Notes under the pieces: model-generated
What the model was told of the DNA's origin: nothing
What the model saw: the letters and a program-made list of their open reading frames with translations, nothing else
Database searches by the model: none
From: Acidimicrobiales bacterium
GTDB taxonomy: Bacteria > Actinomycetota > Acidimicrobiia > Acidimicrobiales > SZUA-35
Length of the DNA stretch: 64,000 bases
Reading direction: 5' to 3'
Assembly (NCBI GenBank): GCA_965216655.1
Contig: CBDCGP010000022.1
Location: forward strand, 38,166 to 102,165
Made by a program: the position numbers and the translations under genes
Shown: positions 44,779 to 53,776 of the stretch, in pieces
Layout: each line of letters begins with the position of its first letter
How positions within the stretch are numbered: the stretch's first letter is position 1

Positions 44779-45762
44779 ATGACAATCGCCTTGGACAATC
44801 AATCGGAGATGGTCGATCTGTCGACCCGGGTCCGGCAACGCATCAGCGTACGGGCGCCCTACTTCGATCTCAGAGACCTGGACGTCGCCGACGACGGTGC
44901 CGTTCGGGCGCTCGTGCCGGTGACGCCACCCGTACACCCGGAAACGGGCCTCATCGAGGCGGCACAAGCCGCCCGCCATCTGGCCATTCTCGGGTCTTGC
45001 GCCGTGGCCTTGCAACGGGACGACGACGATCGTCACCACTACCTGGCGACGAGGGCCCACTTTCTGCGCACGGCGAACATCACCGAAGCGGACCGGGTCG
45101 ACACCACCGATGTGATGTCGGTCGACTTCCTCGTCGCCGAGGCGAGCGGAACGTGGATCGACCGCCGATCGGCTCGGGCCCTGGTCAAGCTGTATGGTCC
45201 CGACGGGGAGCTTTCGCACGCGCTCGACGTGCACTACACCGTGATGACGCCCCGCATGTTCAGCCGCCTCATGCCTCCCATCGATGTGGAGGCCTTGCGT
45301 GACGACTCGGCGGGCGGCGCCGTGTCCGCAGGCCTTTCAAACGGTGGCGTGGCCCGCTTCGACGTTCGCGATCTGGAGGTTGACGAGGGGTCGGGCGTGA
45401 CGGTCGACTGTGGGCCGATCCCGATCGACATGTGCGCCGGCCACTTTCCCGACTATCCGGCTGCTCCCGTGGCTCTCGTTATGGGTCAACTGGCCCGAGC
45501 GGCCGGGGTGGCCCTGAACCGACACCTTGGATTCGGTGCCCTGACCCACTCGATCGACGAGGCCCGGGTGACCGCCACGAAGCTTGGTCGAGCCGGGCAG
45601 CGTCTCACGCTGCGAGCCCGCTACGACCGTCGAGTCGGCGGCGGGCACCTCCTGGTCGGAACGGCGCAGGCCGACGGCGAGACGATCGGCGAGATGGAGC
45701 TGACGCTGTCGACGACGTCGTTGCCGGAGTCGATCCCGTTCCCCGTCGGTGCGCTGGCCTGA
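44779..45762 (+). CDS. Hypothetical double hot-dog-fold protein (FabA/FabZ/AfsA-like second half)
   Basis: ATG at 44779 has a GGAGGG RBS 8 nt upstream. The second half has CAGHFPDYPAAPVALVMGQLARAAG, which resembles the dehydratase HFPxxPxxPGxLxxE motif but with Q in place of E. Assignment is weak. Confidence 0.4.
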   Translation: MTIALDNQSEMVDLSTRVRQRISVRAPYFDLRDLDVADDGAVRALVPVTPPVHPETGLIEAAQAARHLAILGSCAVALQRDDDDRHHYLATRAHFLRTANITEADRVDTTDVMSVDFLVAEASGTWIDRRSARALVKLYGPDGELSHALDVHYTVMTPRMFSRLMPPIDVEALRDDSAGGAVSAGLSNGGVARFDVRDLEVDEGSGVTVDCGPIPIDMCAGHFPDYPAAPVALVMGQLARAAGVALNRHLGFGALTHSIDEARVTATKLGRAGQRLTLRARYDRRVGGGHLLVGTAQADGETIGEMELTLSTTSLPESIPFPVGALA

Positions 45763-45796
45763 GTCGACAACGGCCGACGGTTTCGGATTGCCGTCA

Positions 45797-46480
45797 CTAC
45801 GGTCGCAACATCGGTGGATGCAGCAGCTTGGCTGAGCCCCGCCGGTAGAGCTTGGCCGGGCGACCTCCCTGCCTGGTCGTCGTACCCCCGGTTTCAACGA
45901 CGAAGCCGGGGGTTCTCGACACCTTGCGGTGAAAATTGCGAGGGTCGATCTCGGTGTCCCAGACGGCTTCGTAGACCTGTCTCAGCTCCCCGATCGTGAA
46001 CTCGCCGGGGCAGAAGGCGGTGGCCAGCGGTGAGTACTCGAGCTTCGACCTTGCCCGCTCGACACCATCGGAGAGGATGCGATCGTGGTCGAAGGCCAGC
46101 GCGTCCTCAGCCGACAGGAGCCTGGTGACCGGGGTCCACGAGGCGTCGACGGCATCGGTGCCGGCCACCGGGTCGGCGGCGTCGGGGATCAGCGCCAGGT
46201 AGGCGATCGAGATGACCCGGCGGGGGTCGCGGTCGGGGTGGCCGTAGCTGGCGAGCTGTTCGAGGTGGATGCGGATACCGCTGAGTCCGGTCTCCTCGGC
46301 CAGTTCCCGTTCGGCGGCGTCGAGCAGGTCCTCGGTCGGCCGGACGAACCCGCCCGGCAACGAGGTTCGACCCCGGTGGGGGTCGGCTCCCCGCTCGATG
46401 GTCAGCACCTGTAATCGACTGTCACGCACGGTGAGCACCACGAGGTCGGTCGCCACCAGGATCTTCGTCGGTCGAGGCAT
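45797..46480 (-). CDS. NrtR-like regulator: Nudix hydrolase domain + C-terminal winged helix
   Basis: The Nudix box is LPGGFVRPTEDLLDAAERELAEETG. The C-terminal LEYSPLATAFCPGEFTIGELRQVYEAVWDTEIDPRNFHRKV...GGRPAKLYR is typical of NrtR-family DNA-binding domains. Confidence 0.7.
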   Translation of the reverse strand: MPRPTKILVATDLVVLTVRDSRLQVLTIERGADPHRGRTSLPGGFVRPTEDLLDAAERELAEETGLSGIRIHLEQLASYGHPDRDPRRVISIAYLALIPDAADPVAGTDAVDASWTPVTRLLSAEDALAFDHDRILSDGVERARSKLEYSPLATAFCPGEFTIGELRQVYEAVWDTEIDPRNFHRKVSRTPGFVVETGGTTTRQGGRPAKLYRRGSAKLLHPPMLRP

Positions 46481-46508
46481 TGTCGGGCGAGTCTAGCTCA
46501 ACTGGATC

Positions 46509-46562
46509 TTATCGTCTAGTTGACGATTATAACGACTGATGTTATCGTCATAACGACGATAA
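46509..46562. promoter_or_regulatory. Two 21-bp palindromic operators in the Nudix/SPFH divergent promoter region
   Basis: TTATCGTC-tagtt-GACGATTA (46509-46529) has one mismatch. TTATCGTC-ataac-GACGATAA (46542-46562) is perfect. Their centres are 33 bp apart, in an AT-rich 105-bp intergenic region. Confidence 0.55.
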
Positions 46563-46585
46563 ATCACGAATGAGAAGGAGTCACC

Positions 46586-47604
46586 ATGGCCGAGATCACT
46601 CGCCGTCCGTTCCTCAACCGCCTTCGGGCCGATCCGTCGGTTCACATTCAACACTCTCGCAACGGCGTGGTCCGCCACGAGGGAGCCGGGGTGGCGTTCT
46701 GGTATCGGCCCGTCACGGCGGCGCTGGTCGAGGTGCCGCTCGACGATCGTCAGCAGACCCTCCTCTTTCACGCCCGAACGTCGGACTTCCAGGACGTGAC
46801 CGTGCAGGCCACCGTGACCTATCGGGTCGTCGATCCGGCTCGGGCGGCCACGAGGATCGCGTTCGACATCGACCCCGGCACCGGTCAGTGGACCGGTGAC
46901 CCACTGGAGACCCTGAGCGATCTGCTGAGGGAGCTGGCTCAACAGCCGGCGATCGAGAAGGTGGCGCTGATGTCGGTGACCGAGGCGCTGGCCCGGGGGG
47001 TCGGACCGATCCGGGCCGACATCGCAGCCGCGCTGGCGGACGACGCACGTCTGACCGAACGTGGGCTGTCGGTCACCGATGTGCGAGTCGTTGCGGTGCG
47101 CGCTGATGCCGACCTCGAGCGGGCCCTGCAGACCGAGACCCGGGAGCGGGTGCAGCAGGAGGCCGACAAGGCGACGTTCGAGCGGCGGGCGCTGGCGGTC
47201 GAGAACGAGCGGGCCATCGCCGAGAACGAGCTGCAGAACCAGATCGAACTGGCGCGCCGGCAGGAGACGCTGGTCAATCAGGACGGTCAGAACGAGCGGC
47301 AGCGGGCGAGTCACGAGGCAGCGGCCAGCCGGATCCTGGTCGAGTCGGGTGCGGCCGAACAGCGGTTGAAGGACGAGGCCAAGGCCGACGGGATTCGCCA
47401 GGTGGGCGAGGCGCAAGCCGAGGTCGAGGAGGCGAAGATGCGGGCGCTGCAGTCGGTCGACCAGGGAGTGCTGATGGCGCTCGCCGCTCGTGATCTGGCC
47501 CGCAACGTGCCTCGCATTTCGAACCTCACCGTCACACCGGATCTCGTGGTTCCGATGCTCGCCCGGCTCGGTGAGACGATGAACGGTGCCGACGAGGAAC
47601 CGTC

Positions 47605-47608
<4 letters not shown>
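46586..47608 (+). CDS. SPFH/Band-7 (stomatin/flotillin-like) domain protein with C-terminal coiled coil
   Basis: A GAAGGAG RBS is present. The SPFH core is GAGVAFWYRPVTAALVEVPLDDRQQTLLFHARTSDFQDVTVQATVTYRVVDPARA. A long Glu/Arg/Ala/Gln-rich coiled coil follows. Confidence 0.8.
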
Positions 47609-48495
<887 letters not shown>

Positions 48496-48576
48496 ACGGC
48501 TCCGGTGTCGACCTTCCGGCTTGCGCGTGTCAGCCGTCGGTTCAACGTAATAGCGAAATCGCTGGCGTGTCCACCG

Positions 48577-48993
48577 TTATTCGTCGGCCAGTTGGCGGAG
48601 GAGGTCGGTGGTGGTGACGATGCCGGCCAGCATGCCCTCGTCGTCCATCACCAGCAGTGAATGGGCCTGGCCGTCGGCCAGGAGTGCCGCGGCCTGTCGG
48701 ATCGTCGTCTCCGCGGTTGCCACTCTGAGATCGGTCGACATGGCGTCGTCGAGGTTGAACTGGTAGTCGAGCATCTCGGCCATGTCGCGGTCGTCGAAGC
48801 CGTCGACGTCGTAGGCCAGCCGGAGCACGTCGACCGAGGAGATCATGCCGACGGGCTTGTCGCCGTCCATCACCGGGACGTGATGGAACGGCGCGTTCCG
48901 GAGGAGATGGTATGCCTCCGACACCGGCTGATCCCGATCGATGGTGACGGGATTGCTGGTGACAAGCGGTGCGATGGGGCTGTCCGGATTCAT
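48577..48993 (-). CDS. CBS-pair domain protein
   Basis: In-frame ATG at 48993. There are two CBS motifs (..VTIDRDQPVSEAYHLLRNAPFHHVPVMDGDKPVGMISSVDVL.. and ..ETTIRQAAALLADGQAHSLLVMDDEGMLAGIVTTTDLL..). The upstream part of ORF 48577..49350 overlaps the tRNA. Confidence 0.8.
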   Translation of the reverse strand: MNPDSPIAPLVTSNPVTIDRDQPVSEAYHLLRNAPFHHVPVMDGDKPVGMISSVDVLRLAYDVDGFDDRDMAEMLDYQFNLDDAMSTDLRVATAETTIRQAAALLADGQAHSLLVMDDEGMLAGIVTTTDLLRQLADE

Positions 48994-49133
48994 TGCCGCC
49001 TCCCAGGGGTGTGGCGTACGGTGTGCGGTGACGGGCGGGACATCGATTGGTCCCGTTCGTGCCTGCATCGTAAGGCCGTTGCCGTGGTGCCGCTGGGGCC
49101 CAAGGTCCCATCTCGGAAGGGTGTGTGGCGGTT

Positions 49134-49229
49134 TGGCGGAGGTGGACGGGAATCGAACCCGCCTACGAGGGATCACCCCGTACACCCGCTTTGAAGGCGG
49201 GGGAGCCCACCAGGCGCTCAGACACCTCC
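49134..49229 (-). tRNA. selC: tRNA-Sec (selenocysteine tRNA, anticodon UCA), CCA encoded
   Basis: The minus strand reads GGAGGTGTCTGAGCGCCTGGTGGGCTCCCCCGCCTTCAAAGCGGGTGTACGGGGTGATCCCTCGTAGGCGGGTTCGATTCCCGTCCACCTCCGCCA (96 nt). Anticodon stem is CCCGC/GCGGG with loop CTTCAAA. The long variable arm is UACGGGG-ugauc-CCUCGUA (7 bp). T-arm is GCGGG-TTCGATT-CCCGT. The overall layout parallels E. coli selC. Confidence 0.85.
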
Positions 49230-49369
49230 GAGGGGTAATGTAGCGGTTTTCGGGGCTTGAGAGTTGACTGAGGTGCCGATCTGGGAGCCATGTTGGCTCG
49301 GCCGGGTATCGATTCACACTTCGTATGTATCGGTGGAGGTGGTGTGACACCTGGTGCTACACTCGCGAT

Positions 49370-49609
49370 ATGCCGACGACGCGACCCCGACACGCCGTTA
49401 CCGAAACAGAAGAGATTACGCGGGTGCTCGATGAGGCTGCATTGCATTGGCCCGGTGTCTCTCGAGCCAAACTGATTCACTATGTCTTGGCTGATTGGGC
49501 GGCCGGCGGGCGGTCTTCTGCGGCTCGTGCCGAGGCCCGCACGGAACTTGTCGGTTCGATGCCTGGCTCCGCCGAGTTGTATGACCGTGAGCAGGACTGG
49601 CCAGAGTGA
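49370..49609 (+). CDS. vapB: VapB-type antitoxin (probably leaderless mRNA)
   Basis: 79 aa (MPTTRPRHAVTETEEITRVLDEAALHWPGVSRAKLIHYVLADWAAGG...). A TACACT -10-like hexamer at 49358-63 ends 6 nt before the ATG. Its stop overlaps the VapC GTG start. Confidence 0.6.
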   Translation: MPTTRPRHAVTETEEITRVLDEAALHWPGVSRAKLIHYVLADWAAGGRSSAARAEARTELVGSMPGSAELYDREQDWPE

Positions 49610-49998
49610 TTGTTGCCGACGCCAGTTGGGTCATCGCCCTCCGGGATCCAGAGGATTCGCATCACGAGGATGCCGCGGATTCGAATCGGAAGTTGGGAGG
49701 CGAAGCGGCGGTGCTGCCGGCCGTCACTTTCGCCGAGTGCCTTGTCGGTCCGGCAAAACTGGGTTTACTCGAAAAGGCGGCTAGAGACCTCCGAGCAGGG
49801 TTCGAGATACTCGAGGTTGACCGCGATGCTCCCGTGCGGTGGGCTTCGCTTCGGGCGTCGACGGGTCTACGCCTACCGGACGTCATCGTCCTCGACGCAG
49901 CACTACACCGGGAAGCTCGGGGCGTCGCGACATTTGATGATCGCTTAGCGGTAAGCGCGAGAGACAGGGGACTAGTCGTAATCGGGCTGGCTCAATAG
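49606..49998 (+). CDS. vapC: PIN-domain ribonuclease toxin VapC
   Basis: MIVADASWVIAL.. (Asp5), ..AVTFAECLVGP.., ..LRLPDVIVLDAAL.., ..VATFDDRL. These match the typical PIN acidic residues. 130 aa. Confidence 0.8.
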   Translation: MIVADASWVIALRDPEDSHHEDAADSNRKLGGEAAVLPAVTFAECLVGPAKLGLLEKAARDLRAGFEILEVDRDAPVRWASLRASTGLRLPDVIVLDAALHREARGVATFDDRLAVSARDRGLVVIGLAQ

Positions 49999-50008
49999 CG
50001 AACCGTGC

Positions 50009-51151
50009 TCAGCCCTCGTCGTCGTGGCGGCGGATGCGAACGTCGTGGCCCATCTTTCCCGTTCGCTGCACGTAGATCGAGGCCGCGTCGTACGGCACGG
50101 TGGGAGCCCGACTGTCGATCGCCTGCGTCTGGCCGGTCTCGGCCGCGATGCGGGCCTTGGTCATGACCTCGAGACAGTGGTAGGCGTGCTCGGGGTGGAC
50201 GAGGAGCGGCACATTGTCGAGGATGCAGTCGACGAGGTGCCGGAGGCCCGCGGTCCACGGCCACGCCGGGTCGACCTCCGGATAGAGCGTCCAACCCGGT
50301 TGGTCGGTTCGGCTGATCTCGTACCCGGCAGGCGCCCAGTCGTCGCCGAGCATCTGGGCCGTGCCGCGCTCACCGTACAGCTCGACGGCCGGGCCCCGGT
50401 AGTCGTACATCGTGAAGCCGGTCGTGACGGCGGCGAATCGGGCGTCACCGAAGTCGAGCAGGATCTGGTAGTTGTCGAACTCGTCGACCTCGATCGTCTC
50501 GCCGGCCACGACCCGGCTGGGAATGGCCGTGCCGGCAAAGGCCGTGACCCGGCGCACGCTGCCCATCAGCCCCACCAGCGACGTGATGTTGTACACCCCG
50601 AGATCGAACAGCGGACCGCCACCGGTGCGGTAGTACCACGCGCCCCAGGTCGGCCCGGACCATCCGTAGCGGGCCCGGGCCGAGAGGACGGTGCCGATCT
50701 CGGCCTCGTCGACCACCCGCTTCCACAGGGCCTGGTAGGTCGGGCTGAGCACCACATGGGGCGCGCACACCAGGTGCCGGTCGGTTCCGGCCGCCTCGGT
50801 GACGAGTGCCTTCGCTTCCGCCAGGTCGGTGGCGAGCGGCTTCTCGACCAGCACGTGTTTGCCGGCGGCGATCGCGTCGCGGGCGATGGGGCCGTGGGCG
50901 TCCATCGCCGTGATGATCAGCACCGCGTCGATATCTTCGCGTGCCAGCACCTCCCGGTGGTCGGTCGTGAACGGGAGATCCCGACGGAGGAACATGGCAC
51001 CACGCGACGAACGGGATTCGATCGTGTCGCACAGCATGACCGGTTCGACGCGGCCCTCGAACGCCAGCTCGTTGATCAGCTTCGAATACGGTTCGAACAC
51101 ACTCCCGAGGCCGATGATCCCCAATCTGACGGGAGCCGGAGTACCCGCCAT
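50009..51151 (-). CDS. Gfo/Idh/MocA-family NAD(P)-dependent oxidoreductase
   Basis: In-frame ATG at 51151 forms an ATGA overlap with the upstream gene. The N-terminal Rossmann fold is VRLGIIGLGSVFEPY, with the typical HVLVEKPLA. Confidence 0.85.
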   Translation of the reverse strand: MAGTPAPVRLGIIGLGSVFEPYSKLINELAFEGRVEPVMLCDTIESRSSRGAMFLRRDLPFTTDHREVLAREDIDAVLIITAMDAHGPIARDAIAAGKHVLVEKPLATDLAEAKALVTEAAGTDRHLVCAPHVVLSPTYQALWKRVVDEAEIGTVLSARARYGWSGPTWGAWYYRTGGGPLFDLGVYNITSLVGLMGSVRRVTAFAGTAIPSRVVAGETIEVDEFDNYQILLDFGDARFAAVTTGFTMYDYRGPAVELYGERGTAQMLGDDWAPAGYEISRTDQPGWTLYPEVDPAWPWTAGLRHLVDCILDNVPLLVHPEHAYHCLEVMTKARIAAETGQTQAIDSRAPTVPYDAASIYVQRTGKMGHDVRIRRHDDEG

Positions 51152-51993
51152 CACGTCGACTCGTCCCCGACGGCACCGACGTCGGCGAGTTCGTCGTGCC
51201 ACACTTCAGCCCGATCACAGGTGTGGACGAAGGTCGCCGGCCAGTCCGGCTCGTGCCCGGCAGCGCCCCTCACCCGCTCGAGGGCCTTGCGCTTGTCGGC
51301 GCCGTGTATCACGAGCAGCACTGAGCGCGAGAGCCGCCGGATCGTGCCGAGGCCGACGGTGACGCCGTAGGCCGGCACCTCGTCGGTCGACCCGAGATTC
51401 GGGAACGTCACGGTGTTGTCCTGCCGGGTGCTCTCGGCCAGCTCGACGATCGACGACACCCCGTCGAGCGGGCTGCCCGGCCCGCAGAACGCCACGTGCC
51501 CGTCCGACGCCCCGCTGGCCACGAGGAAGAGATCGACGCCTCCGGCATCGGCGAGACGACGGTCGTACTCGGACGGGTCTCGAGGGTCCGGGAACCAGAC
51601 GGCCGCCGCCGGAATCCGATGGGCGTCCGACAGGCCTGCGTTCACGAGCCCGCGAATCTCGACCTCGGCGAAACGGAGGCACGAGTGGGGTGCGTCGGCA
51701 TCGATGGTCCGTAGCGGATCGGCGCCGGGCTCGAGGTAGTCGTCCATCATCGCAATGATGACGTGGGAGCAGTCGATGTCACGTTGCGCACAGTGTTTGG
51801 CCAGCGCCTCGAAGATCGGCTTGGGTGTCCGGCCACCGGGACAGCCGAGCAGGTAGCGTCGACCGGCGATACGAGCCTCCTGGATACCGTCGATGATCAT
51901 CCGGGCGGCTTCATCGGCGAGCTGGACGACCGTGTCGAAGCGACGGAATCGAACGATGCCCATCTCGTCGCGGCTCATCTCCCCTCGGCTCAT
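51151..51993 (-). CDS. Glucosamine-6-phosphate deaminase/isomerase (NagB/6-PGL family)-like protein
   Basis: The start at 51993 (ATGA overlap with the permease stop) gives MSRGEMSRDEMGIVRF.. Sequence includes LGCPGGRTPKPIFEAL, IIAMMDDY, DLFLVASGASDGHVAFCGPGS and LLVIHGADKRKAL. The remaining upstream part of ORF 51151..52413 is an artefact. Confidence 0.7.
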   Translation of the reverse strand: MSRGEMSRDEMGIVRFRRFDTVVQLADEAARMIIDGIQEARIAGRRYLLGCPGGRTPKPIFEALAKHCAQRDIDCSHVIIAMMDDYLEPGADPLRTIDADAPHSCLRFAEVEIRGLVNAGLSDAHRIPAAAVWFPDPRDPSEYDRRLADAGGVDLFLVASGASDGHVAFCGPGSPLDGVSSIVELAESTRQDNTVTFPNLGSTDEVPAYGVTVGLGTIRRLSRSVLLVIHGADKRKALERVRGAAGHEPDWPATFVHTCDRAEVWHDELADVGAVGDEST

Positions 51994-52832
51994 CCCTTCT
52001 CGGCTCCGGCCGTCATGCCCTGAACGAACCGTCGCTGGAGCAGGATGTACATGATCAGGACCGGGAGCGCGACGATGAGCGCGGCGGCGGCGATCAGTGA
52101 CGGGTCGGCGCCGCGACGTTGACCGGCGAAGAACGACAGGGCCAGCGGTGCGGTCTGGGCGTCGGTGTTCTGGGGGATGAGCACGAGGGCCAGCAGGAAG
52201 TCGTTCCAGGCGAACAGGAACAACAGCGCGGCCAACGAGAGTGTCGCCGGGCGCAACACCGGGACGAGCACCCGCCACAGGATGGCCCAGGTGTCGGCGC
52301 CATCGATGCGGGCCGCCTCGATGATCGATCGCGGTTGCCCCTCGAACGCCGACCGCATCCAGAACGTCCCGAACGACACGCTGAAACCGATCTGGGGCAG
52401 GATGACGGCCCACAGCGAATCGACGAGCCCGAGATCACGGAAGCCGAAGAACAGCGGGATGATCAGCGCCTCGTAGGGGAGCAGCAGGCCGGTGATCAAG
52501 ATGATGAACAGCGCGTTCTTGCCGTGGAAGCGCATCGTGGCGAACGCGTAGCCTGCGAGCAACGACAGCACCACGCTGGCCACGACGACGGTGGTGGCGA
52601 CCACCGCGCTCGACATCAGCGCCGAGCCGAAGCCGCCACGTTCCCAGGCCAGCCGAAAGTTCTCGAACGAGATCGACGACGGGATCGTGAACCCGCTCAC
52701 CCGCTGTCCCGGCTCGTTGAGCGCGAGCAACACGATCGACAGCAGCGGGTAGAGCGCGATCGCCGTGGCGACCCAGAGCACGGTGTGGACACTGCGCCGC
52801 TCGGCCCGACTCTCGATATCGCGCCCACTCAC
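51990..52832 (-). CDS. Carbohydrate ABC transporter permease (MalG-like)
   Basis: 280 aa with 6 TM helices. The EAA loop is IIEAARIDGADTWAILWRVLVPVLRPA. Confidence 0.9.
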   Translation of the reverse strand: MSGRDIESRAERRSVHTVLWVATAIALYPLLSIVLLALNEPGQRVSGFTIPSSISFENFRLAWERGGFGSALMSSAVVATTVVVASVVLSLLAGYAFATMRFHGKNALFIILITGLLLPYEALIIPLFFGFRDLGLVDSLWAVILPQIGFSVSFGTFWMRSAFEGQPRSIIEAARIDGADTWAILWRVLVPVLRPATLSLAALLFLFAWNDFLLALVLIPQNTDAQTAPLALSFFAGQRRGADPSLIAAAALIVALPVLIMYILLQRRFVQGMTAGAEKG

Positions 52833-53776
52833 GTCAGCTCACCCCGTCGCCGGTACCACAGAATCAACATGTTGACGATCAGCAGCTCGATCATCAGCAC
52901 CACGCCGATAGCCGCGCCGAGACCGACCTCACGGGTCTGGAACACCGATTTGAAGATGAAGACCGACGGCACCTCCGTCGTCGTGCCCGGGCCGCCTCGA
53001 GTGGTCACGAAGACCACGTCGAAGTTGCGCAGCGCGGCGGTGACGGTCAGCACGAGCGCAACGGTGATCTCGCCCCGGAGTCCCGGCAGTGTGATGTGGA
53101 GGAACTCCCGGAAGATGTTGGCCCCGTCGAGCTTGGCCGCCTCGAATCGGTCGGTCGGGATCTTCTGTACGCCGGCAAGGAACAGCACGAACACCAGGCC
53201 GAAGGTGACCCACGTCCCGATCAACCCCAGCGCCGGAAGCGCGAACGTGAAATCACCCAGCCAGGCTCGGCTGACGGCGTCGAGCCCGACCAGGTCCAGG
53301 GCCCGGTTCAGCGGGCCCGTCGGTGCGTAGATCCACCGCCAGGCGACGGCCACGACCACCAGCGGCAGGATCGTCGGGATGAACAGCACGGCCCGGAAGA
53401 AGGCCTGGAACCGCACCCGGACCCTCACCATCAGGCCCACGATCGTCAGGGCGAACCCGATCGGGAGGACGGCGTAGAACACGATCAGCACGACCGAGTG
53501 CCAGAGGGCGGCCCGGATCTGTTCGTCCTGGAACACCGTGAGGTAGTTGTCGACGCCGACCCATGTCTTGTCGGTGATGCCGTTCCACTCCTGGAACGAC
53601 AGCACCACCGTCTGGGCGAGCGGGATCACCGCGAAGGCGATGAAGAACGCGAACGCCGGCAGCAGGTACAGGTACGCGATCGGTTGTGGGCCGTCGAGCC
53701 TGCGGCGCGGACGGACGCCGCGCCGCAGATCGGTGGGCGCCGACAGCTCGTCGACGCCCACCGGCTCACTCGGCAA
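52829..53776 (-). CDS. Carbohydrate ABC transporter permease (MalF-like)
   Basis: 315 aa. The EAA loop is RFEAAKLDGANIFREFLHITLPGLRGE. Start and stop overlap the neighbouring genes. Confidence 0.9.
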   Translation of the reverse strand: MPSEPVGVDELSAPTDLRRGVRPRRRLDGPQPIAYLYLLPAFAFFIAFAVIPLAQTVVLSFQEWNGITDKTWVGVDNYLTVFQDEQIRAALWHSVVLIVFYAVLPIGFALTIVGLMVRVRVRFQAFFRAVLFIPTILPLVVVAVAWRWIYAPTGPLNRALDLVGLDAVSRAWLGDFTFALPALGLIGTWVTFGLVFVLFLAGVQKIPTDRFEAAKLDGANIFREFLHITLPGLRGEITVALVLTVTAALRNFDVVFVTTRGGPGTTTEVPSVFIFKSVFQTREVGLGAAIGVVLMIELLIVNMLILWYRRRGELT

